Shown: positions 1 to 10,680 of the stretch, one piece after another | Position numbering within the stretch: the first letter of the stretch is position 1 | How the letters are laid out: each line of letters starts with the position of its first letter | Notes under the pieces: model-generated | Database searches by the model: none | The model's input: only the letters and a program-made list of their open reading frames with translations | Told to the model about the DNA's origin: nothing | Translations under genes and position numbers: made by a program | NCBI GenBank assembly: GCA_031446085.1 | Contig: CP132901.1 | Location: 325,135 to 389,134, forward strand | DNA: 64,000 nt | Direction of reading: 5' to 3' | Source: Arsenophonus sp. | GTDB lineage: Bacteria > Pseudomonadota > Gammaproteobacteria > Enterobacterales > Enterobacteriaceae

Positions 1-650
1 TTTGTATAGCAGAATATCAAACCAATGGAAGAGGAAGAAGGGGAAGATTTTGGAATTCTCCATTTGGATATAATTTGTATTTATCATTGTATTGGAATTT
101 TCAAAAACATCCTATCAAAATTCTAGGATTAAATATAGCAATTAGTACTGTAATTGCAGAAACTTTAAATAAACTATTAAATCAAAATAAAATTCAATCA
201 AAATGGCCTAATGACATATATTTAAATGAAAAAAAATTAGCTGGAATTCTAATTGAAATAATTAAAAAAATAGATAATTCTACACATATTATTGTTGGTG
301 TAGGATTAAATATTAAAAAAAATAAAAATAGTATACTTAATACTAATCAACAATGTATTACTTTAGAAGAAGCAGGAATAATTATAAAAAAAAATATTAT
401 CGCTAGTAAATTAATTTTAAAACTACGTTATACTTTATTAAAGTTTGAAAAACATGGATTACTACCATTTGTAGATCGTTGGCTAAAATTAGATAAATTT
501 TTGAATAAAACAGTATCATTACATATTGGAAAAAATCATCAAGAAAGAGGTATGGTAAAGGGAATAAATGAATATGGAGCAATTTTATTAGAACAAAAAG
601 GGAAAATTACAACATATTTAGACGGTGAAATTTCTTTAAGATCAAATTAA
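1..650 (+). CDS. birA: biotin--[acetyl-CoA-carboxylase] ligase BirA, C-terminal part (5' end lies upstream of the window)
   Basis: The frame is open from nt 3. The translation CIAEYQTNGRGRRGRFWNSPFGYNLYLS carries the BirA GRGRxGRxW biotin-binding motif. The rest is collinear with E. coli BirA, and TAA lies at 648-650. Confidence 0.9.
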   Translation, partial: CIAEYQTNGRGRRGRFWNSPFGYNLYLSLYWNFQKHPIKILGLNIAISTVIAETLNKLLNQNKIQSKWPNDIYLNEKKLAGILIEIIKKIDNSTHIIVGVGLNIKKNKNSILNTNQQCITLEEAGIIIKKNIIASKLILKLRYTLLKFEKHGLLPFVDRWLKLDKFLNKTVSLHIGKNHQERGMVKGINEYGAILLEQKGKITTYLDGEISLRSN

Positions 651-657
651 AAAATAA

Positions 658-1926
658 TTAAATTAAATTTTTAATTAAAAGTGCAAATTTCAAATTGATT
701 TTTTTAGGTATCTTTAAATAAACAATATATCCATTTCCTTTTGCATGAATAATAGACGATTTATTTTTATCTAACATGGCATCTAAAATAAATTTAAAAT
801 TTTCTATTGGAGTAATTAATTCTAAATTATCTCCAATAGAAAATTTATTTTTCACATTAACTTCAGCAAAATGATCCTTATATTGTCCGGTAAATTCACC
901 AACAAATTTTTGAGTATATGAAACAGAATGTCCAAAAATATAATTTTGACGATTCATATCGTCGTCATCATGTCTCTTAAAAAAACCACTAGTATATCCT
1001 CTATTCGAAAGTCCACTCAACATTTTTAATAAATCATTATTAAATGGTCTTCCAGAAATAGCATCATCAATTGCATTACGATATATCTGAGCAGTTCTAG
1101 CACAATAATAAAAAGATTTAGTTCTTCCTTCAATCTTAAAAGAACAAACACCTGAATTTAATAATTCTTTAATATATTTAATTCCACATAAGTCTTTAGA
1201 ATTTAAAATATAAGTACCATGAATATCTTCAATAACCTGCATTTTTTCTAAATTACTATTATTTCTATTTATAATCACTGATTTATATGTTTGCTTTTTT
1301 TCTTTTATTTTTTCATTTTGATTTATGTCATATTTCCATCTACATATATTAGTACAAGCACCTTGATTAGCATCACGTTTACTTAAATAACTTGATAATA
1401 AACACCGACCAGAATATGCCATACAAAGTGCACCATGTATAAATACTTCTAATTCAATATCTGGAACTTTTTTATGAATTTCATAAATTTCTTCTATATC
1501 TAACTCACGAGATAAAATAATTCTACTTAGACCTATTTTTTTCCAAAATTTCACTGTAGCCCAATTAATTGCATTAGATTGTACAGAAAGATGAATATTA
1601 ATATTAGAAAATGAATCTTTTAACATCATAATTAATCCAGGATCAGATACAATAAAAGCATCTGGATTCATTTTTACTATTGGAGATATATCCTGAATAA
1701 AAGTTTTAATTTTAGAATTATGAGGTATTATATTTAAAACAACATAAAAACGTTTTCCTTGATTATGAGATTCTTGAATACCTTGATTTAATTTTTCATA
1801 ATCAAAATCATTATTACGAACTCGTAAACTATACCTAGGCTGACCAGCATATACAGCATCTGCACCATATGCAAAAGCATATCTCATATGTTTTAAAGAA
1901 CCAGCAGGAGAAAGTAATTCTACCAT
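658..1926 (-). CDS. yegQ: peptidase U32 family protein YegQ/TrhP
   Basis: 422-aa ORF. ELLSPAGSLKHMRYAFAYGADAVYAGQPRYSLRVRNN and KIEGRTKSFYYCARTAQ are nearly identical to E. coli YegQ. Confidence 0.88.
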   Translation of the reverse strand: MVELLSPAGSLKHMRYAFAYGADAVYAGQPRYSLRVRNNDFDYEKLNQGIQESHNQGKRFYVVLNIIPHNSKIKTFIQDISPIVKMNPDAFIVSDPGLIMMLKDSFSNINIHLSVQSNAINWATVKFWKKIGLSRIILSRELDIEEIYEIHKKVPDIELEVFIHGALCMAYSGRCLLSSYLSKRDANQGACTNICRWKYDINQNEKIKEKKQTYKSVIINRNNSNLEKMQVIEDIHGTYILNSKDLCGIKYIKELLNSGVCSFKIEGRTKSFYYCARTAQIYRNAIDDAISGRPFNNDLLKMLSGLSNRGYTSGFFKRHDDDDMNRQNYIFGHSVSYTQKFVGEFTGQYKDHFAEVNVKNKFSIGDNLELITPIENFKFILDAMLDKNKSSIIHAKGNGYIVYLKIPKKINLKFALLIKNLI

Positions 1927-2033
1927 AATATTAGTACACCCCTTTATAACAACTAAAAAATTTAGATATAATGTTCTTTTAATGTTTTTTAAAAATTATC
2001 ATTTTTTAGTTTTATTAAAAAATGAAATATAAA

Positions 2034-2375
2034 TCAATTACAATTTAAACATAAAGAATGATATTTAATATCTTTTAAAATATTGTTTTTAAAAGATAAA
2101 ATAATTGTTTCTTGTTTTACTAAATTAAAACCAATTTTTTTACGAAAAATATAATACCATTTTGATTGAAAAAACGGCTCTTTTAATAAAGGGTAACCTA
2201 AGATATAGATAACTTGACTTTTGGTCATTCCTTTCCTTATTTTCAAAATATTATCTTTTGAATAATAATTTCCTTGATCAATATTCGGATAATAAATTAA
2301 ATATTTATTTAAAAAACAACCAGAAATAACAAATTGAAATAACAAAAAAATCAATAATCTATAAAAAAAACTCAT
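2034..2375 (-). CDS. bamE: outer membrane protein assembly factor BamE (SmpA) lipoprotein
   Basis: 113-aa ORF with a lipobox (FVISGC). QGNYYSKDNILKIRKGMTKSQVIYILGYP...WYYIF is collinear with the E. coli BamE core. Confidence 0.8.
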   Translation of the reverse strand: MSFFYRLLIFLLFQFVISGCFLNKYLIYYPNIDQGNYYSKDNILKIRKGMTKSQVIYILGYPLLKEPFFQSKWYYIFRKKIGFNLVKQETIILSFKNNILKDIKYHSLCLNCN

Positions 2376-2552
2376 AAATTCCTTTAAAAAATAAATTTAT
2401 TATTTTTTTTAAAAAAATTAATGATATATTATCATATATATAAAAAAATTACATACATATAAATATATGTAATAAATCAAAAATATTATCAATAATCAAA
2501 TAAATGTTTTTTTATATATAAAAAAATTAACAATTAGGCAAAAAAAAATTTT

Positions 2553-3677
2553 ATGAATATATTAATTGATAAAGATATATTATATGCAAAAAAAATATTT
2601 GAAAAACTAGGAAAAATTAAATTAATTTCATATAATATGTTTAACAAATCACTATTAAAGAATAGTGATGCTGTTATTATAAGATCAAATACACCAATAA
2701 AAAACAATATATTAAAAAATAGCAAAATCAAATTTCTTGGAACTGTAACTTCAGGTATAGATCATATTGATCAAGAATATATAAAAAAATCAAATATCTG
2801 TTTTTCGCATGCATCTGGATGTAATTCTACTAGTGTAGTTGAATATATTTTTTCTGTACTATTCTTTTTATCAGAACATTATAATTTTGATCTGAAAGAA
2901 AAAATTGTTGGTATTATAGGAGTTGGAAATATTGGAAGTCTTCTAAACAAATATTTAAATGTTTTAGGAATTAAAACATTGCTATACGATCCACCTCTTT
3001 CTAAAAAAATAAAAAATAAAGAATTTGTTTCCTTAGAAAAAATCATTAATCATTCACATATAATATCATTACATGTTCCATTAAAAAAATATGGAAAAAA
3101 TCCAACTTATCATTTATTTAATGAAGAAATATTTGATAATTTATCTTCAGAAACAATAGTAATTAATACTAGCAGAGGATTAGTTATTGACGAAAACGCT
3201 TTACTAAAAGTTTTAAAAAAAGGAAAAAAAATTCGTATTGTATTAGATGTATGGAGTACTGAACCATATTTATCAGAATTACTATGTCAAACAATTATCA
3301 CTACTCCTCATATTGCAGGATATAGTTTAGAAGGCAGGATAAAAAGTGTATTAAAAATACACAAAGATTATTGTAAATATTTCAATAAAAAAAATACAGA
3401 AATAGGAATTAAACATTTTCTACCTCAATCTGATTTTAAAAAAATATTTATTCAAGGAAAATTAACTCAAAAAAAATTAAAAAAATTGATACATCTTATC
3501 TATGATGTAAGAGATGACGATATAAATTTGAAAAAAAAATTAGGAATAATTTCAAAAGATATTTATATATTACGAAAAAAATATTCAATAAGACGTGAAT
3601 GGTCATCAATTAAAGTACAAACTAATAACTTTGAGACTAAAAAAATATTAAAAAAAATTGGATTTTATGTAAAATAA
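2553..3677 (+). CDS. pdxB: erythronate-4-phosphate dehydrogenase (pyridoxal phosphate biosynthesis)
   Basis: 374 aa. The N-terminus MNILIDKDILYAKKIFEKLG resembles E. coli PdxB [20 protein letters not shown]. It has the NAD-binding GIIGVGNIG motif, and its length matches PdxB (378 aa). Confidence 0.85.
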   Translation: MNILIDKDILYAKKIFEKLGKIKLISYNMFNKSLLKNSDAVIIRSNTPIKNNILKNSKIKFLGTVTSGIDHIDQEYIKKSNICFSHASGCNSTSVVEYIFSVLFFLSEHYNFDLKEKIVGIIGVGNIGSLLNKYLNVLGIKTLLYDPPLSKKIKNKEFVSLEKIINHSHIISLHVPLKKYGKNPTYHLFNEEIFDNLSSETIVINTSRGLVIDENALLKVLKKGKKIRIVLDVWSTEPYLSELLCQTIITTPHIAGYSLEGRIKSVLKIHKDYCKYFNKKNTEIGIKHFLPQSDFKKIFIQGKLTQKKLKKLIHLIYDVRDDDINLKKKLGIISKDIYILRKKYSIRREWSSIKVQTNNFETKKILKKIGFYVK

Positions 3678-3691
3678 ATTACTATACATTT

Positions 3692-4987
3692 TTAAATATA
3701 CTTCATATAATTCATATATGGTCTCAATACTTTTGGTATTTTTATTTTTCCATCCTTTTCTTGATAATTTTCCATAATAGCAACTAAAGTCCTACCTACT
3801 GCTAATCCAGAACCATTCAGTGTATGTACAAACTCATTTTTTTGACCTTTTGATAAAATATTTTTAAATCTAATTTTTATACGACGAGATTGAAAATCTT
3901 TTGTATTAGAACATGAAGAAACTTCTCTATAAGTATTTTGAGATGGAATCCAAACTTCTAAATCATATGTTTTAGAAGAAGAATATCCTAAATCTCCAGT
4001 ACATAATAATATTTTTCTATAGGGTAATTGCAACAATTTTAAAACCTTTTCTGCATGATTTGTCAGTTCTTCTAAAGATTCATTAGAAGAATTTGGATGA
4101 ACTATATGAATTAATTCAATTTTATCAAATTGATGCATACGTATTAAACCACGAGTGTCTTTCCCATAAGAACCAGCCTCTGATCGAAAACACGGACTAT
4201 GTGCTACCATACGAATAGGTAACAAATCTGCTGATAAGATCCTATCTTGAAAAATATTAATTAATGAAACTTCTGAAGTAGGAATTAAAATATATTTTTT
4301 TTTTATTTTATTATTTTGAATCTTTCCTACATAAAATAAATCAGACTGAAATTTTGGTAATTGACCAGTTCCATATAACGCATGATCTTTTACTAAATAA
4401 GGTACATATGTTTCTAAATATCCATGAACATCTATATGTAAATTTAACATAAACTGAGTTAATGCACGATATAATCGTGCTATATTTCCTTTCTTTACTA
4501 TAAATCTAGAACCACTCATTTTGATTGCTGAAGAAAAATCAAATCCATCTATTTTTTCTCCTAATTCAACATGATCTTTAATTTTAAAATTATATCTTTT
4601 TGGTATACCCCATCTACTAATCTCTATATTATTATTTTGATCAATACCATCTGGTATTAAATCATCTGGTATATTAGGTAAGGATATATTAATATTATAT
4701 ATTTCTTCCTGAATTTTTTTTAATTCTTTTTTCAATAAATTAATTTCTTCTTTTAAATTAATATTTTTTTCATTATTAAATTTAAAATTATTATGATATT
4801 TGATATGGTTTTTAATATTAATTTCATTTCTATTATATTCTAAAATTAAATTATTTAACTTTATTTGTTTATTTTTTCTTTTACTTTCTAATTGAGAGAA
4901 TAAAATAAAATCAAATAAAAACCCTCTACGAGCTAATTTTTTAGAAATTAATTTCGGATTTAAACGTAATATTATTGGATCTAACAT
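3692..4987 (-). CDS. serS: serine--tRNA ligase
   Basis: 431 aa, with MLDPIILR at the N-terminus, a coiled-coil arm, and class II motifs (FRSEAGSYGKDTRGLIRMHQFDKIE, GSGLAVGRTLVAIMENYQ). Confidence 0.93.
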   Translation of the reverse strand: MLDPIILRLNPKLISKKLARRGFLFDFILFSQLESKRKNKQIKLNNLILEYNRNEINIKNHIKYHNNFKFNNEKNINLKEEINLLKKELKKIQEEIYNINISLPNIPDDLIPDGIDQNNNIEISRWGIPKRYNFKIKDHVELGEKIDGFDFSSAIKMSGSRFIVKKGNIARLYRALTQFMLNLHIDVHGYLETYVPYLVKDHALYGTGQLPKFQSDLFYVGKIQNNKIKKKYILIPTSEVSLINIFQDRILSADLLPIRMVAHSPCFRSEAGSYGKDTRGLIRMHQFDKIELIHIVHPNSSNESLEELTNHAEKVLKLLQLPYRKILLCTGDLGYSSSKTYDLEVWIPSQNTYREVSSCSNTKDFQSRRIKIRFKNILSKGQKNEFVHTLNGSGLAVGRTLVAIMENYQEKDGKIKIPKVLRPYMNYMKYI

Positions 4988-5056
4988 ATGTAAAATAAAA
5001 AATATATTTTTTAAAAATATAAATAATATTATAAAATAATCTTATTATAACAATAA

Positions 5057-6019
5057 TTATTTATTTGGTAAATATCGTAATGGATCAACAGATTTTCCTT
5101 TGTAACGTATTTCAAAATGTAATTTTACAGAATTAGAATCACTGTTACCCATAGTAGCAATTTCTTGTCCTTCTTGTACTTCTTCCTCTTCTGTTACCAG
5201 AATTAAATTATTATGTGCATAAGCACTAAGATAATCTGAATTATGTTTAATAATAATTAAATTTCCATATCCTCTTAACACACTTCCAATATAAACCACT
5301 TTACCTTTTGCACTAGAAAATATTGGTTGACCTAATTTTCCAGCAATATCTATACCTTTATTACCACCTTGTAAATCAGAAAATTTTTCAACAACTTCGC
5401 CATTTGTTGGCCAAATCCAATGAATATCTATACCTTTTTTATTTTTTTTTGAATAAGAAATATCATTTTTATTATTTTTTAATTTATTAATTTTAGATTG
5501 ATTTTTTTCTTCAGAAAAAAAATAATTATTTTTATTAGAAAAATTACTAAAATTATTAATTTTTAATATTTGACCTACATATAAATAATTTGGATTGATA
5601 ATATTATTATATTTCATAATCTCATGATACTTTATTCCTGTAATCCAAGAAATATAAAATAAAGTATCTCCTTTTTGAACAATATAAAAATCTTTTTTAT
5701 ATTTTCCTTTTGGAATATTTTCATAATTTCTATTTTTAAAAAAATTATTTAATACTTTTTTTTTATATATTTTTTTTTTCAAAGATGTTTTTTGTATATT
5801 ATTAAATAAAAAACTTGGATTTTCTTGATAAGAAAAAACATTATTTTTATTTTCTAAAATAGAAGAACATTTATTTTTTGTTAAATAATTATTTTGATCA
5901 TTTAAGGAAATAATAGGTGCTGAACGTTGATACATTTTTGAACATCCTAACAAAAAAGAAGTAGTAAATATATAAATAAATGCTAATCGAATTACATATT
6001 CTTGAGCATTAAAATTCAT
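5057..6019 (-). CDS. nlpD: LysM / M23 peptidase-domain lipoprotein NlpD (murein hydrolase activator)
   Basis: It has a lipobox (LLGCS), a LysM segment (YIVQKGDTLFYISWITG) and a C-terminal M23 domain (WPTNG...GIDIAG...YGNLIIIKH...LHFEIRYKGKSVDP). It lies next to surE as in E. coli. Confidence 0.85.
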   Translation of the reverse strand: MNFNAQEYVIRLAFIYIFTTSFLLGCSKMYQRSAPIISLNDQNNYLTKNKCSSILENKNNVFSYQENPSFLFNNIQKTSLKKKIYKKKVLNNFFKNRNYENIPKGKYKKDFYIVQKGDTLFYISWITGIKYHEIMKYNNIINPNYLYVGQILKINNFSNFSNKNNYFFSEEKNQSKINKLKNNKNDISYSKKNKKGIDIHWIWPTNGEVVEKFSDLQGGNKGIDIAGKLGQPIFSSAKGKVVYIGSVLRGYGNLIIIKHNSDYLSAYAHNNLILVTEEEEVQEGQEIATMGNSDSNSVKLHFEIRYKGKSVDPLRYLPNK

Positions 6020-6132
6020 TTTTTCTCCTAAACGAACTATTCTAAATACTTAGAATATAAAATTGATTTGAATAAAAAAATATTTAATTTTTAATAAAAT
6101 TAAAAAAATAAAAATCACTTTAATCAATTTTT

Positions 6133-6888
6133 TTACATATATTTAATATTTTTAAACCACTTTTTTAATACTACTTGCAATTTATAATCAGTTAAATCAA
6201 TATTTAATGGCGTAATTGAAACATATCCATTTTGAATAGCAGCAAAATCTGTATCAGAAGATTCATCAAAAATGTTACCAATAGGTCCTAACCAATATAA
6301 AAATTCTCCTCCTCTTGGTTCCATAAATTTATAAACTTTTTGCGCAGCATAACGAGTACCACATCTTGTAATTTTATAACCTTTAATTTTCAAAAAAGGT
6401 ATATTTGGTACATTAATATTTAGAATCTTACATTCTGTCAATGGGTGATGTATCAATAATTTTAAAAAATTACATATTACTTTTGCTGCAGTTTCATAAT
6501 ATTTTTTTCCATTTAATGAAACAGCTAAAGCTGGAAATTTAAGATGTCTTCCTTCTATAGCTGCAGCTACCGTTCCAGAATAAATTACGTCATCACCTAA
6601 ATTTGGACCTTGATTAATACCTGAAATAACAATATCAGGACAAGGACGAATTAACTTATTAATTCCTAAATAAACACAATCTGCAGGAGTACCTTCTACA
6701 GAAATATCACCATTTTTAAATTTATTTATACGTAATGGTTTATCCAAAGTAAATGCACTAGATGATCCGCTTTTATTTCTGTCTGGTGCAATAATTTGAA
6801 CATCATTTTTTTTTTTTCTTAATATAGAAGCTAACTTTTGTATTCCTAATGCATTAATTCCATCATCATTGCTAAGCAATATTTTCAT
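6133..6888 (-). CDS. surE: 5'/3'-nucleotidase SurE
   Basis: Starting at ATG 6888, [16 protein letters not shown] matches the SurE N-terminus. The ORF track's 11 extra upstream residues (start 6921) have no homologous counterpart. Confidence 0.9.
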   Translation of the reverse strand: MKILLSNDDGINALGIQKLASILRKKKNDVQIIAPDRNKSGSSSAFTLDKPLRINKFKNGDISVEGTPADCVYLGINKLIRPCPDIVISGINQGPNLGDDVIYSGTVAAAIEGRHLKFPALAVSLNGKKYYETAAKVICNFLKLLIHHPLTECKILNINVPNIPFLKIKGYKITRCGTRYAAQKVYKFMEPRGGEFLYWLGPIGNIFDESSDTDFAAIQNGYVSITPLNIDLTDYKLQVVLKKWFKNIKYM

Positions 6889-7034
6889 TATTATTATCTC
6901 ATTTATTAATAAATCTTGCAAAAAATATAAAAAAATTATATATAAACTATTGATATAATACGATATATTATGTCAATAATTTATTAAACATAATTCATAA
7001 GAAAATATTTATAAATAAAATTTATTAGAAAAAG

Positions 7035-8663
7035 TTGATTATTCATTGTAGAGCAGGAAAAACTCCTAAAAAAAAAGATTTAATTAATATCTCATTATTA
7101 ATAAAAAATTATTATGATTTAAAACCAGAAAGAAATAATTTTAATCATAAAGTAAAGTTTGGAACTTCTGGACATAGAGGTAGTTCATCATTACATACCT
7201 TTAATGAACAACACGTTTTAACTATAGCTCAAGCTATTTCAGAAATAAGAAAAATAAAAGGTATCACTGGACCTTGTTTTGTAGGAAAAGATACTCATGC
7301 TTTATCAGAACCTGCATTTATGACAGTAATAGAAGTATTAATAGCAAATAGAATAGATACTATAGTAGAACATAATTATTCATACACACCTACTCCTTCA
7401 ATATCATATGCTATACTTAATTATAATAGAAATAATAAAAAAAAAGCAGATGGTATTATTATAACTCCATCACATAATCCTCCAGAATATGGAGGAATAA
7501 AATACAATGATTTTAATGGTGGACCAGCAAATGAAAAAATTACAATAAAAATAGAAAAAAGAGCTAATCAATTAATTAGTAATAAATTATCTGGAATTAA
7601 TCGTATTCCTTATAAATTAGCAATAAAAGACACTCATTATCATGAAAGAGACTTTATTTATCCATATGTAAAAGAATTAAAAAGAATAGTCAATATTAAT
7701 GCTATTAAAAATAGTGGATTAAAAATTGCTATTGACCCTTTAGGGGGTACAGGAATAAATTATTGGATGAGAATGAATGAATACTATCAATTAAATTTTG
7801 AAATACTTAATGAAAAAATAGATCCAACCTTTAGCTTCATGAAATTAGATTATGATGGTATTATTAGAATAGATTGTGCTTCTCAATGGTCTATACAAGG
7901 TTTATTAAAAATAAATAAAAAATATGATTTAATTTTGGTAAATGATCCAGATTCAGACAGACACGGTATTATTACAAATAAAAAATTAATCAATCCGAAT
8001 CACTATTTAGCAATATCTATTGATTATTTATTTAAAAATAGACCACTATGGAAAAAAAATCTAATCATCGGAAAAACTTTAGTTTCTAGTAATATTATAA
8101 ATCATGTTATTAATAAATTAGGTTTAAATTTTATTGAGTTTCCAGTAGGATTTAAATGGTTTTCAAATGGATTATATAAAGGAATTTTCGGTTTTGTAGG
8201 AGAAGAAAGTGGAGGCGCTTCATTTTTAACATTTAATGGTTCTCCTTGGACAACTGATAAAGATGGAATTGCTCTTTGTCTTTTAGCAGCAGAAATTATA
8301 TCCATTACAGGAATCAGTCTAGAAGACTATTTTAAAAAAATTATAAATATAACAGGAAAATACAATTATAATTGTATTAAAAAAAAAATTAATTATAAAC
8401 AAAAAAAAATATTATCTAATTTGTCATGGAATATGACTATTCCAGATAATTTAGCAGGAGATCCAGTAATCAATCATTCAAATAAAACTTTTAAAAAAAA
8501 TATTTTTTTGAAAGGAATTAAAATTATCACAAAACATGGATGGTTTGTAATAAGAATATCAGGAACGGAAGACATATATAAAATATATTGCGAAAGCAAA
8601 AAAGATAAATCCCATCTTAAATTAATAGAAAAAGAAGCTAAAAACATTATAAAAAAAAATTAA
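7035..8663 (+). CDS. pgm: phosphoglucomutase
   Basis: TTG start. MIIHCRAGKTPKKKDLINI resembles E. coli MAIHNRAGQPAQQSDLINV. It has the active-site TSGHRGS and the TPSHNPPEYGGIKYN, GEESGGASF and SGTEDIYKIYCES motifs. Confidence 0.92.
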   Translation: MIIHCRAGKTPKKKDLINISLLIKNYYDLKPERNNFNHKVKFGTSGHRGSSSLHTFNEQHVLTIAQAISEIRKIKGITGPCFVGKDTHALSEPAFMTVIEVLIANRIDTIVEHNYSYTPTPSISYAILNYNRNNKKKADGIIITPSHNPPEYGGIKYNDFNGGPANEKITIKIEKRANQLISNKLSGINRIPYKLAIKDTHYHERDFIYPYVKELKRIVNINAIKNSGLKIAIDPLGGTGINYWMRMNEYYQLNFEILNEKIDPTFSFMKLDYDGIIRIDCASQWSIQGLLKINKKYDLILVNDPDSDRHGIITNKKLINPNHYLAISIDYLFKNRPLWKKNLIIGKTLVSSNIINHVINKLGLNFIEFPVGFKWFSNGLYKGIFGFVGEESGGASFLTFNGSPWTTDKDGIALCLLAAEIISITGISLEDYFKKIINITGKYNYNCIKKKINYKQKKILSNLSWNMTIPDNLAGDPVINHSNKTFKKNIFLKGIKIITKHGWFVIRISGTEDIYKIYCESKKDKSHLKLIEKEAKNIIKKN

Positions 8664-8712
8664 AAAAATTAATATAATGAAATATTATTGAAAAATTATA
8701 ATATTTACATAT

Positions 8713-9225
8713 TTACCATGCTGTTACTAAATTTTTATCATTATAATTACTATTATCTTTTATTAATAAAACAATAGCTTCACATATAATACCTTCTTCT
8801 TCACCAACCAATTTCAATTTTTCAGTACTAGTTGCTTTAACACTCACACTATCTATATCACAATTTAAATCTTCTGCAATATTTTTACGCATATCAAAAA
8901 TATATGGAAACATTTTTGGTTTTTCAGCAATAATTGTAATATCCAAATTACCTATACAATATCCTTTTCTTAAAACTTTAGAATATGCCTCTCTTAACAA
9001 AATACGACTACTAATACCCTTAAAATTAGGATTTGTATCTGGAAATAATTTTCCAATATCACCAAGTGCTGCTGCACCAAGAATAGCATCAGTTAATGCA
9101 TGTAAAGCCACATCTCCATCTGAATAAGCTATTAATGATTTTTGATAAGGAATTTTTACTCCACAAATTTTTAGAATTCCATTTTTTCCGAATTTATGTA
9201 TATCAAAACCATATCCAATTCTCAT
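8713..9225 (-). CDS. ispF: 2-C-methyl-D-erythritol 2,4-cyclodiphosphate synthase
   Basis: [12 protein letters not shown]...[29 protein letters not shown] is the IspF signature. It is adjacent to ispD. Confidence 0.93.
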   Translation of the reverse strand: MRIGYGFDIHKFGKNGILKICGVKIPYQKSLIAYSDGDVALHALTDAILGAAALGDIGKLFPDTNPNFKGISSRILLREAYSKVLRKGYCIGNLDITIIAEKPKMFPYIFDMRKNIAEDLNCDIDSVSVKATSTEKLKLVGEEEGIICEAIVLLIKDNSNYNDKNLVTAW

Positions 9226-9253
9226 GGAAAATACTCCTTTACTTACAATAAAG

Positions 9254-9985
9254 TCATAAAATAGAAGAAAGATAAAACCTTGCTAATATCAAATCTTCTG
9301 GTGTAGTAATTTTTAAATTCTTTATTTCACCTTTTAATAATTTAGGGTGATAACCACAAAATTCTAAAGCTTCTGATTCATCTGTAATAATTATTTTATT
9401 TTTTAATACCCTTTTTAAACAATTTCGAATTAAAATTAAAGGGAAAAATTGTGGAGTCAATGCATGCCATGTTTGACTTCGATTAATAGTATGACTAACT
9501 TTTAAAGTTTGTCTAAAGGTAAACTTTAAAGTATTTATTACTTTAATAGCTAAAAGACCACCATGAACAAAAGATTTTTTGTCAATCAATTTTATTATCC
9601 GATTTAAATCTAATTGACTTAAACAAGGTCTAACAACATCATGTACTAAAACCCACGCTTGCTTTATTTTTAAATATTTATACAAATATTCTAAACCTAA
9701 AAAAACAGAATCGGATCTTCTTTTACCACCTATAACAGTTTTAATTTTTTGATTATTTGAAATAGATAACTTTTTAAAAAAAGAATCATTTTTATTTAAA
9801 ACAACTATAATTTTTAAAATTCTATGATTTTTTAAAAATATATTTAATGTATGCTCAACAATAGTCTTTCCAAATATTTTATAATATTGTTTTGGATAAT
9901 TTAAATGCATTCTTCTTCCTATACCAGCAGAAGCTATTAAAGCAAAAATAGGAGTTTTATTATTAAATAATAATGATTTATTCAT
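9254..9985 (-). CDS. ispD: 2-C-methyl-D-erythritol 4-phosphate cytidylyltransferase
   Basis: [17 protein letters not shown] and WHALTPQFF are collinear with E. coli IspD. The ispD-ispF-ftsB neighbourhood is conserved. Confidence 0.9.
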   Translation of the reverse strand: MNKSLLFNNKTPIFALIASAGIGRRMHLNYPKQYYKIFGKTIVEHTLNIFLKNHRILKIIVVLNKNDSFFKKLSISNNQKIKTVIGGKRRSDSVFLGLEYLYKYLKIKQAWVLVHDVVRPCLSQLDLNRIIKLIDKKSFVHGGLLAIKVINTLKFTFRQTLKVSHTINRSQTWHALTPQFFPLILIRNCLKRVLKNKIIITDESEALEFCGYHPKLLKGEIKNLKITTPEDLILARFYLSSIL

Positions 9986-10056
9986 AATATCATGAACTAA
10001 ATTTCATCTTTTATTATAAGATTTTTTAAAAAGTATAAACTTTATTTATATTTTAA

Positions 10057-10320
10057 TTAATTTAGTATTTTTAAAAAAAATTCTTCTGGTTTAATCATAC
10101 CAAGTTCATACCTAGAATATTCTTCTATAGCATCAAATCTAGTATTTAAATCGTAAATTTCAGCTATTAATAATTGATTTCTTTTTTCTAAATCTTTATT
10201 TAATTTTTTTAAAAAAAAAACATCCTTCTTTAGATTTTTATAATCATGAAAACTATTTTTTCCAAACCAAAAAGAATATTGTATTCCTAATAATATAAAA
10301 AAAAGTATAAATTTATACAT
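10057..10320 (-). CDS. ftsB: cell division protein FtsB
   Basis: 87 aa. LGIQYSFWFGKNSFHDY resembles E. coli LQYSLWFGKNGIHDY. It has a coiled coil followed by ARYELGMIKPEE-like ELGMIKPEEFF. Confidence 0.85.
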   Translation of the reverse strand: MYKFILFFILLGIQYSFWFGKNSFHDYKNLKKDVFFLKKLNKDLEKRNQLLIAEIYDLNTRFDAIEEYSRYELGMIKPEEFFLKILN

Positions 10321-10423
10321 ACATTTCCTTTATTTTAAATAAATAAAGTAAAAAATTTAATTTATTTATATGATTTAATCATAATATTTTCATTTTTTTA
10401 AAAAAATTTATTAAATAATATAT

Positions 10424-10457
10424 TATTTATAATGATATATTATTTATAATGATATAT
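10424..10457. repeat. perfect 2 x 17-nt tandem duplication (TATTTATAATGATATAT) followed by a (TA)7 run
   Basis: 10424-10440 and 10441-10457 are identical, and TATATATATATATAT lies at 10462-10476. The repeat sits in the 360-nt divergent ftsB/yciC spacer. Confidence 0.8.
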
Positions 10458-10680
10458 CATTTATATATATATATATTAAAAATACAATATTCTTACTAAT
10501 TTAAAATATAAAATAAATAAATTTTTATTTATTTTATACAATTTATTTTTAAACAATATTTTTAATAATTTGTATAATAAATACTGAATTAATATAATAA
10601 AAAATAAACTTATAAAAATAATGTTTTTTATTATATAAATACATTCAATTTATAAAGAATATATTAATTTTTTAATAATT

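Noticed and set aside
6889-6921. N-terminal extensions suggested by the longest-ORF coordinates: surE 6921, ybhL 20690, bioA 23362, bioD 26336, ubiF 35283 and ftsA 53859.
   Set aside because: The extra residues have no counterpart in the E. coli orthologs. The downstream starts restore the expected N-termini, and for bioA and ybhL they have better Shine-Dalgarno spacing.
10424-10457. I considered whether the 17-nt tandem repeat was a CRISPR or other array.
   Set aside because: There are only two directly abutting copies with no spacers, and no cas genes anywhere in the window. It is a simple tandem duplication.
10321-10680. I considered whether the long AT-rich, repeat-containing spacer could be a replication origin.
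   Set aside because: I saw no DnaA-box-like 9-mers (TTATCCACA or close variants), no GATC clusters and no 13-mer array. The flanking genes are not origin-associated. AT-richness alone is uninformative in this genome. A cumulative GC-skew analysis of the whole chromosome would be needed.
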